64,000 nucleotides of DNA from an uncultured Acidimicrobiales bacterium (GCA_963768255.1 CAVYGX010000005.1:35094-99093), one strand, 5' to 3'. Positions 19,918-30,161 are shown, numbered from the stretch's first letter. Translations and numbers: made by a program. Notes: generated by a model from the sequence alone, not told the origin.

Positions 19918-20772
19918 GTGGCACTTTCGGTGCTCGCCCTGACGGCGGTCTTGGCCGGGTGTTCGTTGCCCGTGGTCTCTTCCAACGGCCTGGGCTTCTT
20001 CGTGTCCTCACAGAGCCCGGCTGACGTCGAAGCCCTGGCGAACCACCTTGGCGTCCCGGTTGAAGGGGTTACGGCCTATACCAGTCAGTCCTCTTGGGCT
20101 GCCATCGGCAGCTACCAGCCGCCGTCGACATCGTTGCGGCTGTATCTCAGCGTCAGCATGTCGCCGAGCGACAGCAGCCCGGCGCAGACCCCCGCCAACC
20201 TCGGGGTGTACGAGCAGTTGGCGCAGAGCCTCGTCAGCGCAGGCCAGTCCTATGCCATCCTCCGCATCGGATGGGAGTGGTCGACCACGTACTTCTCCTG
20301 GGGGGTCCAGAACACGACTCCCGCCCAGTACGTGACGGCCTTCGACGACATCGTGACGACCATGCGCAGCGTGCCCGGACAGCACTTCCTCTTCGACTGG
20401 TGCGCGGCGGCAGACGAGACTCCCACCAACGGGTCGTACGCGGCGTCGTATCCCGGAGACCAGTACGTCGACTACATCGGCACGGACCAGTACGACAACG
20501 CGGGCTCGAGTTGGACCGACACGCTCAACACCGTGGGCGGCCTGGCGTACACCGTCGCCTTTGCCAAGGCCCACAACAAGTTCGTGAGCATCCCCGAGTG
20601 GGGTCTCAACGGCGTCGACGACCCGGCATTCATCAACGACATGTACGGGTTCATCTCGACGCCGAGCAACGACGTCGGCTACAGCTCGTACTTCTCCTAC
20701 GACGGGTCGGTGGACTCCGACATCACCCAGTTCCCGAACTCCGAGGCGGCATTCACCAAGGACTTCGGATAG
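19918..20772 (+). CDS. Lipoprotein, GH26-like glycoside hydrolase (mannanase-like fold)
   Basis: Canonical lipobox LTAVLAGCS. ILRIGWEWS, YPGDQYVDYIGTDQYD and FVSIPEWGLNG fit the GH26-type catalytic layout. Confidence 0.75.
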   Translation: MALSVLALTAVLAGCSLPVVSSNGLGFFVSSQSPADVEALANHLGVPVEGVTAYTSQSSWAAIGSYQPPSTSLRLYLSVSMSPSDSSPAQTPANLGVYEQLAQSLVSAGQSYAILRIGWEWSTTYFSWGVQNTTPAQYVTAFDDIVTTMRSVPGQHFLFDWCAAADETPTNGSYAASYPGDQYVDYIGTDQYDNAGSSWTDTLNTVGGLAYTVAFAKAHNKFVSIPEWGLNGVDDPAFINDMYGFISTPSNDVGYSSYFSYDGSVDSDITQFPNSEAAFTKDFG

Positions 20773-20779
20773 ACCGACC

Positions 20780-21151
20780 TCAGGTCAGCTGGTTCATGAA
20801 CTGGTTGAGGTCGAAGTAGTCCCGCCACGCCTTGATGAGCCCACCCTCCAACTCGAAGGTCCCCATGACGGGGAGGCTCACCGTGCGCTCGGCGGAGACG
20901 AAGTGGTCCACCCTCTCGGTGAGCACCACGTCCCCCTTCGCCACGGCGTGGCGCACCTCGAAGTCCACCCGGTCCCAGCCGGCGCAGAAACCGATGATCA
21001 TCTCCTTGATGTTGTCGCGCCCCACGATCGGGTCCACGGGGATGTTGTGGTAGACGGCATCGGCGTGGAAGTAGCCGATCATCTCGTCGAAGTCGAGCTT
21101 CGACCACAGGGCACAGAAGTTCGTGACGACGTCAAGCGGCGGTTTGGACAC
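20780..21151 (-). CDS. Limonene-1,2-epoxide hydrolase-family / SnoaL-like (NTF2 fold) protein
   Basis: 123-aa ORF: VVTNFCALWSKLDFDEMIGYFHADAVYHNIP...GRDNIKEMI...RVDHF.... Confidence 0.85.
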   Translation of the reverse strand: MSKPPLDVVTNFCALWSKLDFDEMIGYFHADAVYHNIPVDPIVGRDNIKEMIIGFCAGWDRVDFEVRHAVAKGDVVLTERVDHFVSAERTVSLPVMGTFELEGGLIKAWRDYFDLNQFMNQLT

Positions 21152-21277
21152 GGGGTCACCTCTCGGTCGGCGGTGGTCGTTATGCGTAGCACCGCCGACC
21201 CCGTCCCGGCATCTTCGTGACCCCGGGCTGGCTGATCATGGCCATGAGGTGACCAGTTTCGGCGCGATGCTGGGTCC

Positions 21278-22223
21278 GTGCGAGCCGATCGCCTCGTCGC
21301 CACCCTCCTCTTCTTGCAGTCCCGGGGCCGGGCCACGGTGTCCGAAGTGGCGCTCGAGCTCGAGGTGTCGCCCCGCACGGCGCGCCGGGACCTCGAAGCC
21401 CTCGCCATGGCGGGGGTCCCGGTGTACTCCCAGGCCGGGCGGGGAGGCGGCTGGTCGCTGGTCGGAGGGGCGCGCACCGACCTGAGCGGCCTCAACGCCG
21501 CGGAGGCCAGGGCCCTGTTCCTCGTCGCCGGCCCGGGCGCCGCCACCCCCGAAGTGAAAGCGGCCCTGAGGAAACTCGTCCGGGCCCTGCCCGAGACCTT
21601 CCGGGCCAGCGCGGAGTCGGCGGGAGGGGCCGTCATCATCGACGCCTCGGACTGGGACCGCCTTCCCGTCGACCCGCCCCCGCATCTCGCCGCACTCCAG
21701 CAGGCGGTCGTCGACGGGATCCAGGTCCGGCTCCACTACGCGGGGCGCGATCGCGAGCCCGGGCGAGCGGGTCGTGCATCCCCTGGGCCTCGTGGCCAAG
21801 CGACAGATCTGGTACCTCATCGCCGATACCGACGCTGGGATGCGGACCTTCCGGGTGAGCCGGGTGCGCGCCGTCGTGCTCACCGATCAACCGGTGGTGC
21901 GTCCGGCCGGCTTCGATCTGGCCCAGACGTGGCAGACCGTGTTGTCCACGCTCGACGAGCGTCGCACCCCGTGCAAGGTGACGGCACTCGCCGATCCCGG
22001 CATCGTGGGCACGCTGCAGAGCGTGCTCGGAACCCGCCTATCGGTCGGCGAGCCCGGGGACGACGGTCGGGTCACCGTCGAGGTCCGAGGCCACTCGGCT
22101 CAGGTCGTGGCGGCGGAGCTCGCCGGATTCGCCGACCACGTCGAGGTGACCGCACCCGAGACGGTGCGCACCCACCTCGCCCACCTCGGCACCCGCTTGA
22201 CCGCTCGGTACGGGTCTGCGTAG
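21278..22223 (+). CDS. YafY-type HTH-WYL transcriptional regulator; reading frame disrupted
   Basis: The N-terminal HTH is MRADRLVATLLFLQSRGRATVSEVALELEVSPRTARRDLEAL. The WYL part ERVVHPLGLVAKRQIWYLIADTDAGMRTFRVSRV... is in the frame of track ORF 21774-22223. The two join as ...RLHYAGRDREPG|ERVVHPL... if one base is removed at CCCGGG 21758-21763. Confidence 0.8.
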
Positions 22224-22265
22224 CTCGGCGCGGTGCGAGTCCTCGCCGGTGGCTCGAGCGGGGCG

Positions 22266-23198
22266 TCAGCCCGAGGCGTCGCGTACGTCGAATGTGGTCG
22301 GCATGGGCCGCAGGCCCGCTTCATCGGCGTGGGTCTGGCCCTGGACCAGCTGGCTCCGGCTGATGGCCACGACCCCGGCCACCAAGGCGCCGAGCGCGGC
22401 GGCTTCGACGAGGACTGCGAACGGTGACAGCTGCAGGTGCTCCTCGAAGATGAACACTCCGAGCAGGCTGGCTACGAGCGGGTCGACGATGGTGAACCCC
22501 GGCTGCGAAGCCGCCAGGGGGCCGGCCTGGAAGGCGTGCGTCGACAGCAGCATCGATGCCGCCCCCACCCCAACGAGGACGTAGGGGGACCATGTGGTGA
22601 AGATGTTGAACCCTTCGTTGGTGTGCGAGCTCAGCTCTTTGATCACCGCCGCCACGAACCCCCACGAGATCCCGGTGGCCACCCCGAGGATGGCCGCCTT
22701 GCGGGCCGGCGAAGGCGGGGCGCCGCGTCGCATGGGGGTGAAGGCCACGACGGTGGCCACCAGGGCCAGTCCGATGGCCGAGATCCCCGCGAACCACCAC
22801 GAGGCGGCGTCGGCGTGCAGATGGCCCCCCGAAGGGCTGGCGGTGAAGAGGAACACGCCCAGGCCCGCCGCCATGGCCGCCGCCGCCAACCAGTCGTGGC
22901 GCGCCACCCCCTGGGTTCTTATCAGGGCCATGTAGGCGAACACGAAGAGCAGTTCCGTGGCGAGGATCGGTTGCACGAGGGCGAGGTCGCCGTAGTGCAG
23001 AGCCGCGATCTGGAACACGAATCCCAGGATCATGCTGGCGATTCCCGCCAGCCAGATGGGCTGGCGCACCAGGTAGAGGAGCAGACGGGGGCTGAAGCGC
23101 TCCCCACCGGGTGCGGAGGCGGCTCCCAGGCGCTGGCACACCGACGACGTGGCCGTGCAGAAACTCGCGGCCAGTGCCAGCATCACCGCCCTCACCAT
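22266..23198 (-). CDS. DMT-superfamily (EamA-like) transporter
   Basis: 310-aa ORF with about ten hydrophobic helices in two halves. Pattern typical of DMT permeases. Confidence 0.8.
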   Translation of the reverse strand: MVRAVMLALAASFCTATSSVCQRLGAASAPGGERFSPRLLLYLVRQPIWLAGIASMILGFVFQIAALHYGDLALVQPILATELLFVFAYMALIRTQGVARHDWLAAAAMAAGLGVFLFTASPSGGHLHADAASWWFAGISAIGLALVATVVAFTPMRRGAPPSPARKAAILGVATGISWGFVAAVIKELSSHTNEGFNIFTTWSPYVLVGVGAASMLLSTHAFQAGPLAASQPGFTIVDPLVASLLGVFIFEEHLQLSPFAVLVEAAALGALVAGVVAISRSQLVQGQTHADEAGLRPMPTTFDVRDASG

Positions 23199-23412
23199 GC
23201 GCCCAACCCCTGCCTCATTACCCGTCCGATGCCGTACCCCCCGGTCTGCATGCTATTGGGTCTCGACGCGACACCCGGCTTTCGGGTCGGCGCGGCCGTC
23301 CTGTTCGCCGTCCGTGGCGAAGGGCACGGCACACGTCGACGGCGCGGCTCTCCCCGGAGCGCCGGCGGCCGATCCGAGCCCGCCCCCCGAGAATAATCCC
23401 CTTGCCTCGGAA

Positions 23413-23438
23413 ATAAAGATAGATAAAACTTTCTTTAT
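23413..23438. promoter_or_regulatory. 7-bp inverted repeat ATAAAGA-N12-TCTTTAT inside an AT-rich island, about 40 nt upstream of the SDR/QueA-like operon
   Basis: Read directly: 23413-23419 ATAAAGA and 23432-23438 TCTTTAT are exact reverse complements. The surrounding 35 nt (23411-23445) contain 6 G+C by hand count in an otherwise high-GC window. The AGGAGG SD is at 23463-23468. Confidence 0.4.
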
Positions 23439-23476
23439 ATAAGTGAGCTGCGGACAGGCTCGCAGGAGGTTGCCCC

Positions 23477-24211
23477 ATGGCCATCGCACTCATCACAGGA
23501 GCGTCACGAGGACTCGGCCGGGCGCTGGCCGAGGAGCTGGCCCTTCGAGGCTGGAGCCTGGTGCTCGATGCCCGCCACCCCGAGGCGCTGGCCGAGGCCG
23601 AGCGGGCGATCCGCCCTCGCCTGGCACCGGACGCGTCGCTCGTGGCAGTCGCCGGGGACGTCGCCGATGACGCGCACCGACGGGCCTTGGTGGGCGCGGC
23701 CGAGCACCTCGGTGGTCTCGACCTCGTCGTGAACAACGCCAGCACCCTGGGCGCCACCCCGCTGCCGAACCTGGCGGCTTATCCCATCGAGGAGCTGACA
23801 CGCGTCCTCGAGGTCAACGTCGTGTCACCGCTCGCCCTCATCCAGGAGGCCTTGGTGGTACTGCGCCGCTCGGCGCGACCGGCCGTGTTGAACCTCACGT
23901 CGGACGCGTCGGTCGAGCCCTACGAAGGATGGGGTGGCTACGGGCTGTCCAAATCGGCGCTCGATCACATGAGCGCGGTCCTGGCCGTCGAGGAGCCGTC
24001 GCTGCTCGTATGGGCCGTGGATCCCGGTGACATGCGGACCCAGATGCACCAGGACGCGTTCCCGGGCGAGGACATCTCCGACCGCCCCCGGCCGGAAGAG
24101 GTCGTGGCCGACCTCGTGGCGCTCGTCGAGGTGGGACTCCCGAGTGGGCGGTACCGGCTGTCGGACCTGCCACCGGTCTCACAGCCCGCGCTCGAGACCG
24201 AGGCGTCGTGA
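23477..24211 (+). CDS. SDR-family oxidoreductase
   Basis: TGASRGLG Rossmann motif, NNAS, and YGLSK (YxxxK) catalytic motif. Confidence 0.9.
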   Translation: MAIALITGASRGLGRALAEELALRGWSLVLDARHPEALAEAERAIRPRLAPDASLVAVAGDVADDAHRRALVGAAEHLGGLDLVVNNASTLGATPLPNLAAYPIEELTRVLEVNVVSPLALIQEALVVLRRSARPAVLNLTSDASVEPYEGWGGYGLSKSALDHMSAVLAVEEPSLLVWAVDPGDMRTQMHQDAFPGEDISDRPRPEEVVADLVALVEVGLPSGRYRLSDLPPVSQPALETEAS

Positions 24212-25287
24212 CCACGGTCGCCCCCACGGCCGGTCCCGCCATCGGGGATCGTGCCCTGGCGGGGCTCCCCGTCTTCGAGCTCCCTCCCGAGCTCGAGGCG
24301 AGCTCGCCCCCCGAAGCCCGGGGTATGACGAGAGACGCGGTGAGAATGCTCGTCGCCCGAGGAGACGGCAGCCTTCTGCACTCGCACTTCTCGGAGCTGC
24401 CGCGCTTTCTCGACGAGGGTGACTTGATCGTCGTCAACACGTCGGGAACTCTGGCCGCCGCGGTGCCGGGGGTCGATGGGACGGGTCGGGCACTCGAAGT
24501 GCACTTCTCCACGCAGCTGCCCGCCGATCTGTGGACCGTCGAGCTTCGCGACGGGGACGAGCCGTGGTTCGCGGCGGAGTCAGGAGAGGTGATCGCGCTC
24601 GATGGCGGTGCCACGATCTCTCTACTGGCGCCCTACACCGCGCACGGCGAGGGGGTCCGACTGTGGATCGCGACCGTCGCCACCCCCGAGCCGTTGCACA
24701 CATACCTGGCGGTGCACGGCCACCCCATCCGGTACGGATACGTGCGCGGTAGCTGGCCGATCTCGACGTACCAGAACGTGTACGCCACCGAGCCCGGCTC
24801 GGCCGAGATGCCCAGTGCCGGCCGGCCCTTCACCCCCGAGGTCCTCACCCGGCTGGTGGCGCGCGGCGTAGGGGTGGTCCCGATCGTGTTGCACACCGGC
24901 GTGGCATCTCTCGAGGCGTCCGAACCGCCCTACCCCGAGTACTACCGGGTGACGCGAGCCACCGCCCACCGGGTCAACGACACGCGGCGCGAGGGTGGGC
25001 GGGTGATCGCCATCGGCACCACCGTCGTGCGTGCCCTCGAGACCGTGGTGGACTCGAGGAAGGAGGTACACGCCGGGCACGGCTGGACCGACACGGTCGT
25101 GACCCCGGAGCACCCGGTATCGTCTGCCGACGGGTTGCTCACCGGTTGGCACGAGCCCGAAGCATCCCACCTCGCAATGCTGGAGGCGATCGCCGGCCGG
25201 CCGCTACTCGAGCGCTCGTACGAGGCGGCGCTCTCCGAGGGGTATCTGTGGCACGAATTCGGCGACGTCCATCTGATCCTGCCGTGA
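24208..25287 (+). CDS. Divergent QueA-like protein (S-adenosylmethionine:tRNA ribosyltransferase-isomerase family)
   Basis: 359 aa with QueA-like blocks in the canonical order: LIVVNTSGT, EMPSAGRPFT, IVLHTGVASL, GGRVIAIGTTVVRALET, LLTGWHEPEASHLAMLEAIAG, YLWHEFGDVHLIL. Several blocks differ from the classical QueA consensus as I remember it. The GTG start overlaps the SDR stop (GTGA at 24208-24211). Confidence 0.8.
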   Translation: MTTVAPTAGPAIGDRALAGLPVFELPPELEASSPPEARGMTRDAVRMLVARGDGSLLHSHFSELPRFLDEGDLIVVNTSGTLAAAVPGVDGTGRALEVHFSTQLPADLWTVELRDGDEPWFAAESGEVIALDGGATISLLAPYTAHGEGVRLWIATVATPEPLHTYLAVHGHPIRYGYVRGSWPISTYQNVYATEPGSAEMPSAGRPFTPEVLTRLVARGVGVVPIVLHTGVASLEASEPPYPEYYRVTRATAHRVNDTRREGGRVIAIGTTVVRALETVVDSRKEVHAGHGWTDTVVTPEHPVSSADGLLTGWHEPEASHLAMLEAIAGRPLLERSYEAALSEGYLWHEFGDVHLILP

Positions 25288-25343
25288 ACGCCGAACCCGT
25301 GGTGGAACCCAGAGGCACGTCCCTCGAGCCGCCGCTCGCGGCC

Positions 25344-25958
25344 ATGCCGACGACGCGGCGCGCCATTCTCATGGCCCTGAAACGCAACGGGTCGATGCGC
25401 GCCCACGACCTGGCCCAGGCGCTCGGCATCACCGTCGCCGCGGTTCGACAACAACTCCTGCGTTTGAGCGAGGACGGGCTCGTGACGCATCGGCGCGACC
25501 CCGAGGGCCGGGGCCGCCCGTCGCACTCCTACGAGCTCGCCCCGAGTGCGGAGATGCTGTTCCCCAAACGCTACGGCGACCTCACCACGGAGCTGCTCGG
25601 CTATCTCGGCGGCCCCGACAGCCCCGAAGTGGCCGAGCTGTTCGAGCACCGCCGGCAGCGACGCCTCGCCGACGCCCAGACCCGCCTGGCCACGATGACC
25701 CTCGACGAGCAGGTGGCCGAGCTGACGCGCATTCTCGACGAAGACGGGTACCTTGCCGACGTGGAACAGCTCGCGGACGGCGGCTGGCGCATCACCGAGC
25801 ACAACTGCGCCATCTTGTCGGTGGCGACCGGCTTTCGCCAAGCGTGTTCGAGCGAGATCGCCTTCATCCGAGACGCCCTGCCCGCGGCCCGGGTCGAGCG
25901 CGTGGCCCACCTCATGGACGGCGCCCACGTGTGCGCCTACGAGGTCCACGCCTCCTAA
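25344..25958 (+). CDS. ArsR-type winged-HTH regulator with a Cys-containing C-terminal domain (SufR-like architecture)
   Basis: TRRAILMALKRNGSMRAHDLAQALGITVAAVRQQLLRLSEDGLV, then ...HNCAILSVATGFRQACSSEIAFIR...GAHVCAYEV. An alternative in-frame GTG at 25284 overlaps the QueA-like stop (GTGA). Confidence 0.8.
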   Translation: MPTTRRAILMALKRNGSMRAHDLAQALGITVAAVRQQLLRLSEDGLVTHRRDPEGRGRPSHSYELAPSAEMLFPKRYGDLTTELLGYLGGPDSPEVAELFEHRRQRRLADAQTRLATMTLDEQVAELTRILDEDGYLADVEQLADGGWRITEHNCAILSVATGFRQACSSEIAFIRDALPAARVERVAHLMDGAHVCAYEVHAS

Positions 25959-25994
25959 GCTGGAGCGGCGACGACCCGAGCGCGAGAGGCCCCC

Positions 25995-27312
25995 ATGGAG
26001 ACGACGACGACTCAAGTCCCCCAGAGCCGGCTCGTCCAGACAGAGATTCCCGGCCCCCGCTCGCGCGCGCTGATGGATCGCCGCAGGGCCGCCATCCCCG
26101 CCGGCGTGGGAACCACCCTCGGCGTGTTCGTAGCCCGGGCGGCCGGGGGGATCATCGAGGACGTTGACGGCAACCGCCTCATCGACCTGGCCTCGGGGAT
26201 CTCGGTCACCAACGTCGGCAACAGCGCACCGCGTGGTGGCGGCGGTGAGCGATCAGGTCGAGCGCTTCACCCATACATGCTTCCAAGTCACCCCGTACCT
26301 CAACTACGTCGAGGTGTGCGAGCGCCTCAACCAGTTGACTCCGGGTGATCACGAGAAGCGCACCTTCCTCGTGAACTCGGGGGCGGAAGCGGTGGAGAAC
26401 GCCGTGAAGGTCGCCCGCTACGCCACCGGGCGCAGCGGGGTCGTCGCCTTCGACCACGGGTTCCACGGACGCACGCTGTTGGGGCTCAGCCTCACCGGCA
26501 AGGCGATGCCCTACAAACAGGGATTCGGCCCCTTCGCCCCCGAGGTGTACCGGGCCCCGTACTCCGATCCCTTCCGGGGCACGGGCACGCTGGCACAGAC
26601 CATCGACGTGATGGAGACGACGGTGGGCGCGGCGTCTATCGCGTGCGTCGTCGTCGAGCCCATCGCGGGCGAGGGTGGCTTCGTCGTACCCGAGCCGGGC
26701 TGGCTCTCGGGACTCGCCCGATGGTGCGCGGCCAACGGGGTCGTGTTCGTGGCCGACGAGATCCAGTCCGGGTTCGCCCGGACGGGTGCGTGGTTCGCCA
26801 GCGAGCACGAGGGCGTCGTGCCCGACATCGTCACCACCGCCAAGAGCCTCGGTGGAGGACTGCCCCTCGCGGCGGTGACCGGGCGGGCCGATCTCATGGA
26901 CAATGTGCACCCCGGAGGCCTCGGTGGCACCTTCGGGGGCAACCCTCTGGCCTGCGCCGCGGCGCTGGCGGCGATCGAGACCATCGAGAGCGAGGGGCTT
27001 CTCGAGCGCGCCCGGGAGATCGGCGCCGTGATGCTGGGCCGCCTCGGCGCCCTCGCCGCATCGAGCGCCGCGGTCGGCGACGCCCGCGGTCGCGGCGCCA
27101 TGGTGGCGGTGGAACTGGTGGGCCCCGACGGCATCACCCCCGACAAGGCCGCCGCGGCCCGCGTGCTCGCCGCCTGTCACGCCCAAGGGGTGCTCGTGCT
27201 GAGCGCGGGCACCTATGGCAACGTCGTGCGTCTGCTGCCTCCGCTCGTGATCCCCGACGACCTCCTGGATGAGGGACTGGGGATCTTGGAGGTGGCGCTG
27301 TCAGCGCTGTGA
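25995..27312 (+). CDS. gabT: 4-aminobutyrate (class III, PLP) aminotransferase; reading frame disrupted near codon 80
   Basis: Piece 1 is ...EIPGPRSRALMDRR...IDLASGISVTNVGNSAP. Piece 2 (frame of 26164-27312) is ...VVAAVSDQVERFTHTCF...GFHGRT...DEIQSGFARTG...TTAKSLGGGLP.... The junction at 26229-26234 needs a 1-nt removal or a 2-nt addition. Confidence 0.85.
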
Positions 27313-27322
27313 CCGGAGCGCC

Positions 27323-28762
27323 TCAGGCGTCGAGCGCCGACATGACGTGCTTGATGCGGGTGTAGTCCTCGAACCCGTACAGCGACAGGTCCTTGCCGTA
27401 GCCAGAATGGCGAAAGCCGCCGTGTGGCATCTCGGCCACGAGAGGGATGTGGGTGTTGATCCACACGCACCCGAAGTCGAGCCGCTTCGACATCCGCATG
27501 GCACGCCCGTGGTCGCGCGTCCACACCGACGACGCCAGGCCGTACTCCACCCCGTTGGCCCACTCCACGGCCTGGTCCTCGTCGGTGAACCGTTGCACCG
27601 TGATGACGGGCCCGAAGACTTCCTGCTGGACGATGTCGTCGCCCTGCAGGACGTCGCTCACCACCGTGGGCTCGTAGAAGAACCCGCGGTCCCCGATCTG
27701 GTGCCCACCGGTGCGCAGTGCGGCGTGGGCGGGCAGCGCGTCGATGAAGCCCCGGACCCGGGCCAGCTGATCGGTGTTGTTGAGCGGTCCGAAGTCCGCG
27801 CCTTCGACCTCGGGACCTGCCACGGTCTGGCCCTGGGCCTGTTCGACCAGCGCGGCGGCGAGGTCGTCGTGGACGCGCGGCCCCGCCAGCACCCTGGTGG
27901 CGGCGGTGCAGTCCTGGCCGGCGTTGAAGTAGCCGGCGATGGCGATGGCTTCGGCCGCCTTTTCGATATCGGCGTCGTCGAAGACCACCACGGGGGCCTT
28001 CCCGCCCAATTCCAGATGGACGCGTTTGACGTCCTGGGCGGCGGCGACGGCCACCTCGCGCCCGGCTCGCACGCTTCCGGTGATCGACACCATCTGGGGC
28101 ACGGGGTGTGACACCAGCGCTCGCCCCGTGTCGGCATCGCCGCACACCACGTTGAAGACCCCGGGCGGTACGAACTCGGCGGCGATCTCGGCCAGGAGAA
28201 GCGTCGAGACAGGGGTCGTGGGAGCAGGCTTCAGCACCACGGTGTTCCCCGCCGCGATGGCGGGAGCGAACTTCCAGACCGCCATCATCATGGGGTAGTT
28301 CCACGGCGTGACCTGCGCGCACACGCCGATCGGCTCGCGCCGCACATAGGACGTGAAACCCGTCATGTACTCCCCGGCGGATCGGCCCTCCAGAAGCCGG
28401 GCCGCCCCGGCATAGAAGCGGATCTGGTCGACCATGGGGGGAATCTCCTCCGACATGGTGAGCGCCTTGGGCTTGCCCGTGTTCTCGCACTCGGCGTCGA
28501 CGAGTTCCTCGGCCCGTGCCTCGATGGCATCCGCAATGCGCAGGAGAGCCAGGCTGCGCACCGAGGGTGTCGCGTCACGCCACTCCGCAAAGGCATCGAA
28601 CGCCGCGCCAAAGGCGCCGTCGACATCGACGGGGCCCGAATCGGGCATCGCGGCGAAGACCTCTCCCGTGGACGGGTTCACGAGGTCCACCGTCGCCCCG
28701 TCCTTGGTCTGGGTGTACTGCCCGCCGACGAAGTTCCTCAGCACGCGCCTGCTGCCAGTCAT
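27323..28762 (-). CDS. NAD(P)-dependent aldehyde dehydrogenase (aminobutyraldehyde/semialdehyde type)
   Basis: [16 protein letters not shown]..., VTPWNYP, ELGGKAP, and the catalytic Cys context [12 protein letters not shown] 28762 lies inside the longer track ORF 27323-29221. Confidence 0.9.
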   Translation of the reverse strand: MTGSRRVLRNFVGGQYTQTKDGATVDLVNPSTGEVFAAMPDSGPVDVDGAFGAAFDAFAEWRDATPSVRSLALLRIADAIEARAEELVDAECENTGKPKALTMSEEIPPMVDQIRFYAGAARLLEGRSAGEYMTGFTSYVRREPIGVCAQVTPWNYPMMMAVWKFAPAIAAGNTVVLKPAPTTPVSTLLLAEIAAEFVPPGVFNVVCGDADTGRALVSHPVPQMVSITGSVRAGREVAVAAAQDVKRVHLELGGKAPVVVFDDADIEKAAEAIAIAGYFNAGQDCTAATRVLAGPRVHDDLAAALVEQAQGQTVAGPEVEGADFGPLNNTDQLARVRGFIDALPAHAALRTGGHQIGDRGFFYEPTVVSDVLQGDDIVQQEVFGPVITVQRFTDEDQAVEWANGVEYGLASSVWTRDHGRAMRMSKRLDFGCVWINTHIPLVAEMPHGGFRHSGYGKDLSLYGFEDYTRIKHVMSALDA

Positions 28763-28934
28763 CGATGCTCCCTCTCCCCCGTGTCGGGACGACATTGTCC
28801 TCGACGGCCCACAATCGCACTCCCGGCGGCTGCGGACAAGGGAGGAAGCGGCGGCGCGCCGCGCCGGTCCCGGTCGTGGCCCAGCACTCGTGGTCCTCGA
28901 CGACGGTACTGTCGGCTCCACAGAGGGAGGGGCC

Positions 28935-30153
28935 ATGCGCGTGCTGCTGGTGGGGGCCGGAGGGGTCGGGGCGGCGTTCGCCGGGATCGCGGCGCGTCGG
29001 CCGGTCTTCGAGCACATCGTCGTGGCCGACTTCTCTCTGGAACGCGCCCAACGGGCGGCCCAGGCCGGGGGCGACCGCTTCGAGCCCGTCCAGGTCGACG
29101 CCTCCGACGAGGCCGCCGTGGAGGACCTGCTGCGCGCCCAGCGCTGCGACGTTCTCGTCAACGCCGTCGACCCGCGCTTTGTGATGTCCCTGTTCAACGC
29201 GGCGCTGCACGCCGGGGTCAATTACCTCGATATGGCCATGTCGCTGTCGCACCCACACCCCGAGCAGCCCTACGCCGCGACCGGGGTCAAGCTCGGCGAC
29301 GAACAGTTCGACCTCGCCGCGGCGTGGGAGGCACGCGGGCAGCTCGCCCTCGTGGGCATGGGCGTCGAACCCGGCCTGTCCGACGTCTTCGCCCGTTATG
29401 CCGCTGACAGCCTGTTCTCACAGGTCGACGAGATCGGCGTGCGCGACGGCGCCAACCTCGTGGTCGACGGCTACGACTTCGCGCCCACCTTCTCGATCTG
29501 GACGACCATCGAGGAGTGCCTAAACCCGCCCGTCATCTGGGAGCGCGACCGGGGTTGGTTCACCACCGAGCCCTTCAGCGAACTCGAGGTGTTCGAGTTC
29601 CCGGCCGGCATCGGCGCGGTGGAATGTGTGAACGTCGAGCACGAGGAGGTCATCCTCGTCCCCCGCTGGGTGGACGCGCGAGCGCGTCACGTTCAAGTAC
29701 GGGTTGGGCGAGGAGTTCATCGGGGTGCTCACAGCCCTGCACAAGCTGGGCCTCGACTCCACCGTGCCGGTCAAGGTGGGCGCCGTCGAGGTGTCGCCCC
29801 GCGACGTCGTGGGGGCGTGCCTGCCCGACCCGGCCGGCCTCGGGGATCGGATGCGAGGGGTCACGTGCGCCGGGACCTGGGTGACCGGCATCGGCACCGA
29901 CGGCCATCCTCGCGAGGTCTACCTGCACCACGTCGTGGACAATGCCTGGTCGATGGCGGAGTACGGCTCACAGGCCGTGGTGTGGCAGACGGCGGTCAAT
30001 CCCGTCGTGGCGCTCGAGCTGGTGTCCTCGGGCGCCTGGTCGGGCGTCGGGGTGCTCGGTCCCGAGGCCTTCCCGGCCGGTCCCTTCCTCGAGCTCCTCG
30101 ACGTTCACGGCGCGCCCTGGGGTCTCGACGAACGGACGCCCGGCCGGCGCTGA
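28935..30153 (+). CDS. Saccharopine dehydrogenase-family NAD-binding protein (carboxy(nor)spermidine/homospermidine-type relatives); reading frame disrupted
   Basis: [16 protein letters not shown]... Rossmann start. ...[13 protein letters not shown] joins [25 protein letters not shown]... (frame of 29704-30153) if one base is removed around 29675-29680. Confidence 0.85.
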
Positions 30154-30161
30154 TCGGCTCC

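Noticed and set aside
23199-23476. A preQ1 riboswitch in front of the QueA-like operon.
   Set aside because: The leader does not contain the short conserved stem plus A-rich tail arrangement of preQ1-I as I remember it, and there is no convincing pseudoknot pairing. Only an AT-rich block with an inverted repeat is present. It needs an Rfam scan to be formally excluded.
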